Part shown: positions 59,401 to 64,000 of the stretch, piece after piece
Layout of the letters: every line of letters starts with the position of its first letter
How positions within the stretch are numbered: position 1 is the stretch's first letter
Assembly (NCBI GenBank): GCA_951406725.2
Contig: OX597814.1
Location: forward strand, 160,952,001 to 161,016,000
Reading direction: 5' to 3'
Length of the DNA: 64,000 nucleotides
Source: Octopus vulgaris
Taxonomy: Eukaryota
Notes under the pieces: generated by a model
Seen by the model: only the letters and a program-made list of their open reading frames with translations
What the model was told of the DNA's origin: nothing
The model's database searches: none
Translations under genes and position numbers: made by a program

Positions 59401-62400
59401 AACATGGTGGTGTGGATGTAGAGTTGGTCTTGAGTTCTAGCTTACTGTGCAGCACTTGGACAATTGTCTTCTACTGAGGTAGACCTAATTACTAGTTTAG
59501 TCTGTATACAGTCGTAGAAGCAAAGACAGGGAAATATTTCACTAATGCTAGATATGAAAAACTATCAACAATGAGGAGCTCAGAGGAAGAGTAGATCAAT
59601 ACCCAGTGTCCATCACCATCTGCAAGTGCCTACTGAGTTGGCTGGGACATGTAGGACTCCTGACAAACACACTCACCAACCAAGTCCTTAAGTGAAACCT
59701 TTAGAGGCAATGGTGCAGGGGACATCCCAAGGCACCTTCAGCTGGTAAACCTATGATGGAATGATGTATCGAGGGGGACTGCTGACCAATCCTACTTGAG
59801 TATTTTGACTTCCCATGCATCATCTGATGCAGGAGTACCTATTTCTTTATTATCCACAAGGGGCTAAACACAGAGGGAACAAACAAGGACAGACATAGTT
59901 ATTAGGTCGATTATATCAACCCCAGTGCGTAACTGGTACTTATTTAATCGACCCCGAAAGGATGAAAGGCAAAGTCGACCTCGGCGGAATTTGAACTCAC
60001 AATGTAACGACAGACTAAATGCAGCTACGCATTTCGCCCGGCGTGCTAACGTTTCTGCCAGCTCGCCTGATGCAGGAGTACCTCAGTCTAAATAAGTCAG
60101 ATATGAAGTTGCAAATTTGCCAAAGGACTCAGAGTCTAAACTGACTTGAGTTGGATTTAGTCTAGCCAGAGACAATACAGAGAAACGGGGCATAATGATA
60201 GAATCCCCTTCCACTGTAGAACAGTCCAAACCACAAATCACCTGCTGGTTTGCTCATTATTAGATTCCCCTTGCTGTTTTCGATGATATGAGAAATAACA
60301 CAAAGAATGTACAAAAATTATATAAAAGAAGAGGAAAGATTTGATATAAATACCATTGTTCGTATAATGTCAATCTTCCAGAAGAAAGATGAAAGTTCAC
60401 AGCTTGAGATACAGGCAGTTCCATTGAAATTGAAGAGGTGGATTGCAATTTCAGGAGTGAGTTCTATTCTAAAAATATGAAAAAGGTTAAATAATCACAT
60501 TAACTTTCAAGATTAAGTCCAAACTGATCTATGATGAAAGGCATCCCAACCATAACCATCCCATCTATTTTCAGGCATAGTGCGTGCTAAATTCATTGTT
60601 TTTTTTTAAGATGGTAAGATGCAATTGAAAGAGAGTTGACTGCTATTTCTAGCCCTTGAATGGCTAGCCATGTATAGAGGCTCCAAAATGAAACCAGTAA
60701 AATGTTTATGTTTTTTATTATTATTTTTATTTTATTTATCTAGTTTCAGCTCACAAGCTGTGGCCATGCTGGGGCATCCATGGAAAAATACAATAACAAA
60801 CTAAAGGATAACAGAAAATTAATGCATGAGGGTGTTACTGAATTATAGAGGAGTGAGCTTGAATGTGTAAACATCAGTTAAATAATATTGAAGTAAATGG
60901 TAGATAACAACAAAATAATGCAAGATTAATTGAAGATGTCATGCTGCAAAAAAAAAAAGAAAAAAAAAAAAGATATAGTTTAAATGCCGGCATGGTTAAG
61001 ACATTCACATTACAAATACATAGAGCTTTAATCTCACTGCATGGTACATTCTTTTGTGACAACTAAAATCTTGAGTGAAATTCCTCCCACCAGCTCCTAC
61101 ACTGCTTTCATAATTTTTAACTCACCCACTCACTCACCCTCTCCAATCCCCAATCCACTTCATCATTGCACCTCCCTGTAACTTGGGTATACAGCCCCTG
61201 CTCCCTTTTCATCACATCTTTATCATCTTCACTCTCTCCACCTGAGGTAGCTATGTTTCCTCCTCTAATGCAAGACATTTTTTTTGTCCCTCAATACTAC
61301 ACCCCATTCAGTTGATGCATCTTGTCATGTTATTTACTTGGGGCCTCACTGCTGCTATGTAAAAAGCACCCAGTACACTCTGTAAAGTGGATGGTGTCAG
61401 GAAGGGCATCCAGTCATAGAAACCATGCCAAAACAGACAGCAGAGCTTGGTACAGTTTCCTGGTTTACTAGTTCTTGTCAAACTGTCCAACCCATGCCAG
61501 CATGAAAAAGAGACATTAAATGATGATGGTGATGATGAAAGGCTGTGTTTCAGCCTTGTTTGAGGGACTTTTCCTGTTCTTAGGGGTTGTCCAGTTTAAT
61601 GCTAACACCTGGCCCATAGGTACCTGCTATAAATTATTTCACTACATGCATTTGGGTCAGGTGTCTAGCCCCGTTTCCCTTCCATCAGCCCCAGAAGCCC
61701 TAAAAAAAAGTCATGTTACTGAATTATGTAAAAACAAATATAGATCAGAATAGGAAGATTTGTAGTGGGTTTTTTTTACACATGGGAAGTAAAAAAGCAC
61801 CTGAGCATTCTCTATGGTAATAAAAGAAGCCAACACAAAATGGATGTCAACTAACTTTGATCCTAAATCAATTAGCAGCCCTTACTTATCCTTAATTTAA
61901 AATATTCTGCTAAATCACACATCACCTTTGAAATATCATCATCGGTTAACATCCAAATTCCATGCTAACAACACAGGCTGGATGGTTCAACAGGATCCAA
62001 TGGATCTAAAGACTGCATCATGCTCTTGTGTCTGCTTTGGCATCATTTTTATAGATATATACTTTTCCTAATGTCAACCATTTTACAGCATGTACTTGGT
62101 ACTTTCTTCAAGTAACCAAGTAGTTTGCAAAATATGAACCCCAATGAAACAGCTTTATGTTAAGAGAAGATGGATAAAAGTATAAGAAATGGGACCAGTC
62201 AATAATAGAAAAATACATGATTTATTTACCTTTGAACAAATGGCTTTAAGTTATTTCCTTGACTAATAGGGTATTCTTTTGAGATGTCTGAGGTATGTAG
62301 GTTGTTTGCTAAGAAATTGCCAGGATTCATATTTACTTTGCATATAGAATTGGTAATTGGCATAGTAGAAATACTTGTAGGACGCACAACCACTTCACTT

Positions 62401-63800
62401 TTGGAACATTTGTTAACCGGAGGAGGTAATTTGTTGTCTGACTCTGTTCGTGAAGGCTGAAAGAAGAGACAAAAATGTTCTATAATTTCTAATCCATAAG
62501 GAACTTAATAACTAGCATTCTCATATATTAACAGAGCACCAGCATGGTCTTGGTTGAAGTGGCTAAAATAAACTGAGGAACTACATAAAAGACTACCCAT
62601 GCAAAACCTCATTACTATAAAATATATTATCAGTACTGAAGTGAGTGAACTCAATATTCACAAAGTCAATTAACTGATTTCAAGAATTGTCTACAGTTAT
62701 TTTTGATGGGATAGAAGGCAGTGAGTATCGTTAGCATGCCAGGCAAAATGCTTAGTAACATTTTGTTCATCTTCAGGTTCCAAGTTCAACTTCTATTGTG
62801 GTCGATTTTGCTTTTCATCCTTTCAGGGTCAATAAAATAAGTACTTATTGAGCACTGAGGTTGGTGCAATTGACTTAACCCGTCTCCAAACTTGCTGGCC
62901 CTGTGCCAAAAATTTGAAACCATTATTTTAATGGAAATGTCCAAAAGGGGCTGTGCCACAACCATTTGCCTGCTTTCCAGCACTGATTAGACTGATATGT
63001 TTGATGTTCTATTCGAACATCTTGTAAGTTCACATCTGCAGATATAACACGAGCAGGGAACGAATTCTAGAAAGTTGATGCTCTGGGTAGAAAAAAAAAA
63101 TGAAGCAACATGCTAAGTCTAGACCATGTGAGGATAAGACATATTGGGTGGCATCTCACTACACCAGAGAAACAGAGACGATTTTTGTAGGAGTGGAATT
63201 TGGTAGGAAATGAGAGTGCATTAGCAGAGGTTGAGTGAAAGTAATTACTGCTGGCTGTGTAGCATAAAGCATAGGCAATGAGAGACCAGTGTATTAAGTT
63301 AGACTTTACTGGAGCAATACAAAATACAACTCATCTGGGAGGTTAGATAAATCATTGCTATTTACTTGTGGCTTCTACCCTGAATACTAGTGTTTATAGC
63401 AGCCACAGGTGTCAGCAATATCCCAATGTAGATCTTACTTAAGCATTTTAGAGTGTTAGCAGCTAATTCATCATCCTTTAATATCTGTTTTCCATACTGG
63501 CATGGGTTAGACGGTTTGATAGGAGCTGACCAGCCAGAGAACTGTCCAGGCTCCAATTGTCTGTTTTGGCATGGTTTCTACAGCTGAATGCCCTTCCTAA
63601 CTGTAACCACTTTACAGTGCAGTGTGTGCTGGGTACCCTTTATGCGCTACTGGCATGAGCCCAGTATCCGGCAAATAAAATCTCTTTTAAAAGACTGAAG
63701 GTGATAATTCTGTAACTCACTTCTCTATTGATCTTATCTTCACATGTGCCTGTGGCAAGAGACCCAGGATTAATATTGGTTGTTTCTGAATGCATCTTTC
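37942..63800 (-). CDS. 3' part (10 exons, ~577 aa) of a large spliced gene, possibly a tudor domain-containing protein 5-like C-terminus; 5' exons outside the window
   Basis: Minus-strand exons 63800-63721, 62456-62230, 60468-60354, 59230-59151, 55750-55682, 54975-54873, 49308-48989, 47618-47473, 45076-44958, 38418-37942; all GT-AG and phase-consistent. Globular block IHLFNFNGTACISSCELSSFFWKIDIIRTMLRR...WLTLFRLEDVPLVL...FEPDDNFWK, then a coiled coil and a Ser/Pro-rich tail. The gene structure is solid; the TDRD5-like identity is only recalled resemblance (about 0.35). Confidence 0.85.
39153..40080 (-). mobile_element. CR1-type LINE 3' fragment, same family as 32666-34405
   Basis: Closely similar RT C-terminal half with frameshift and deletions; same 3' end ttggctcaaaa..agcaaggccatgtag. 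Confidence 0.92.
44537..44730. mobile_element. Tc1/mariner-superfamily (Tc2/pogo-like) MITE
   Basis: TA-flanked imperfect TIRs ctgtatttgatggcttataagatgcac / gtgcatctttcatgccatcaaatactg. Confidence 0.7.
44958..45076 (-). CDS. Minus-strand gene exon i (Ser/Pro/Arg-rich)
   Basis: tttgcag / GTAAAC; RSHSPYHQSQ...RSPSSSP. Confidence 0.85.
46056..46225. repeat. Perfect 85-bp tandem duplication
   Basis: 46056-46140 is identical to 46141-46225. Confidence 0.92.
46883..47105 (+). mobile_element. TTAA-flanked piggyBac-type MITE (related copies near 43773-43995 and 34582-34745)
   Basis: Begins TTAA CCCTTTAGCATTT; shared internal sequence aatgtcattc..atcacat..gaaatctc.aagc among the three copies. Confidence 0.6.
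47473..47618 (-). CDS. Minus-strand gene exon h (coiled coil)
   Basis: ccttttcag / GTAACT; QRILNRLMKDP...ELEDVEDKLQKLNELL. Confidence 0.87.
48224..48352 (+). ncRNA. Type I hammerhead ribozyme motif, probably in a Penelope-like element remnant (~47700-48545)
   Basis: CUGACGA 48229-48235; 12-bp stem II ggcctatggtta/taaccataggct; GAAA 48336-48339; palindromic CAGCUG stem III; GUA cleavage triplet 48345-48347; stem I degenerate. Confidence 0.7.
48989..49308 (-). CDS. Minus-strand gene exon g
   Basis: ttgcag / GTAAAC; NNIARSSLKKV...NLTIFHKQ. Confidence 0.85.
50372..51592 (+). CDS. LINE ORF1p: PHD-like Cys cluster, polyQ tract, coiled coil, C-terminal RNA-binding-like region
   Basis: 406 aa; CHIC..WVECGTC.4.CLQC..WTFQCQAC; (QNQPQPEQn)x4; ELQQSICALKGEVAGIK; IRLGRPGPKPRLIKLSF. 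Confidence 0.88.
   Translation: MTRTNRIAMVKSIAACDKTGRCSKIEHCPENHTCHICTEPENTFRNRWVECGTCLISVCLQCATDFQKIPGQKKSHHNAMMDRLWKMVQFKSWTFQCQACVPPQPTIVSPPATPVEEAEQQQQNQPQPEQQQQQQQQQQQQQQLEQQQQQQQNQPQPEQQQQQNQPQPEQQQQQHQQQQQQQQNQPQPEQQQQQQQHQLTSAVLAELQQSICALKGEVAGIKATIQVGLHNEGSYRNALLKNLPVPVPLVAFKTADSATHEVIAIGVPEDMADLQAFAANSAKDLGCVPPTGAIRLGRPGPKPRLIKLSFTDPTEATSYHLASVKAGRENRTTFRTRPGLPSDVRPKLRVVASLNRNSALQESFSLREDGQIWRFVKTAETWKRDTSWSECSLPTITKKTTATQGN
51583..54428 (+). CDS. LINE ORF2p: APE endonuclease plus reverse transcriptase; single frameshift near 52481-52486
   Basis: LNARSL, ITVTETW, RKDR..GGGV, VYRPP, GDFNHP, LDLLFT, SDH; then SPGLDG, NYRPVSL, QYGF, LDFAKAF, GVPQGSVLGP, YADD, TRGH, WNKLP. No AUG before the endonuclease. 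Confidence 0.9.
54873..54975 (-). CDS. Minus-strand gene exon f
   Basis: tttttttcag / GTAGGT; VPLVLETFCHPSAELKAAVYKAIQEFEPDDNFWK. Confidence 0.85.
55682..55750 (-). CDS. Minus-strand gene exon e
   Basis: cttttag / GTAAGT; INFSGLKSGDEHKDWLTLFRLE. Confidence 0.85.
56463..57930 (-). mobile_element. CR1-type LINE, 5'-truncated, sister subfamily of 49917-54483
   Basis: ORF 56630-57898 with RT and C-terminus homologous to ORF2 above; same 3' stem-loop and (TTA)n tail at 56463-56488. Confidence 0.93.
59151..59230 (-). CDS. Minus-strand gene exon d
   Basis: atccag / GTGAGT; LRRVNLGISKVIICEEDYEELFKELE. Confidence 0.85.
59841..60066 (-). mobile_element. SINE family B with a 17-bp TSD
   Basis: TSD ctgatgcaggagtacct at 59824-59840 and 60067-60083. 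Confidence 0.88.
60354..60468 (-). CDS. Minus-strand gene exon c
   Basis: tttttag / GTATTT; IELTPEIAIHLFNFNG...FWKIDIIRTM. Confidence 0.85.
62230..62456 (-). CDS. Minus-strand gene exon b
   Basis: cttctttcag / GTAAAT; PSRTESDNKLPPPV...LKPFVQ. Confidence 0.82.
63721..63800 (-). CDS. Minus-strand gene exon a
   Basis: ttttccag / GTGAGT; KMHSETTNINPGSLATGTCEDKINRE; ends phase 0, matching the next exon. Confidence 0.7.
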
Positions 63801-64000
63801 CTGGAAAATGTAGGAAGCATAATAAGGAAATTACAATACAATGCTGTACGTTAATGTGGGTGTACTTAATAAAACATAATGGAAATTTCTTCTCATTTCT
63901 GAAATATTTTCATTTTTAAACATTTGTAGTTATGCTACTGCTGAATTAGAAAGAAAGCACTGAGAGAAAAAGAACAAAAAACAACTCAGTATACTGTCAA

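Overview
AT-rich, intron-rich animal genomic DNA; the SINE/LINE repertoire suggests an octopus (coleoid cephalopod). Two convergent spliced genes are present. One is a complete 12-exon mitoguardin (MIGA/FAM73) CDS on + (5114-25879, 517 aa). The other is the last 10 exons of a large minus-strand gene (63800-37942), tentatively TDRD5-like, whose 5' part lies outside the window. Introns and the intergenic region are dense with mobile elements: a near-intact full-length CR1-type LINE inserted in a Tc1 remnant, truncated CR1 and RTE LINEs, an internally deleted piggyBac, two non-autonomous Helitrons, MITE/foldback elements, many SINEs and a 42-bp minisatellite. Four signals stand out: (1) the full-length LINE ORF2 has no AUG and overlaps ORF1 in the -1 frame at a G_GGA_AAC slippery site; (2) a type I hammerhead-ribozyme motif at 48224-48352; (3) a PHD-like plus polyQ ORF1; (4) inverted repeat pairs that bracket host exons. 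All calls come from manual reading; no searches were run.
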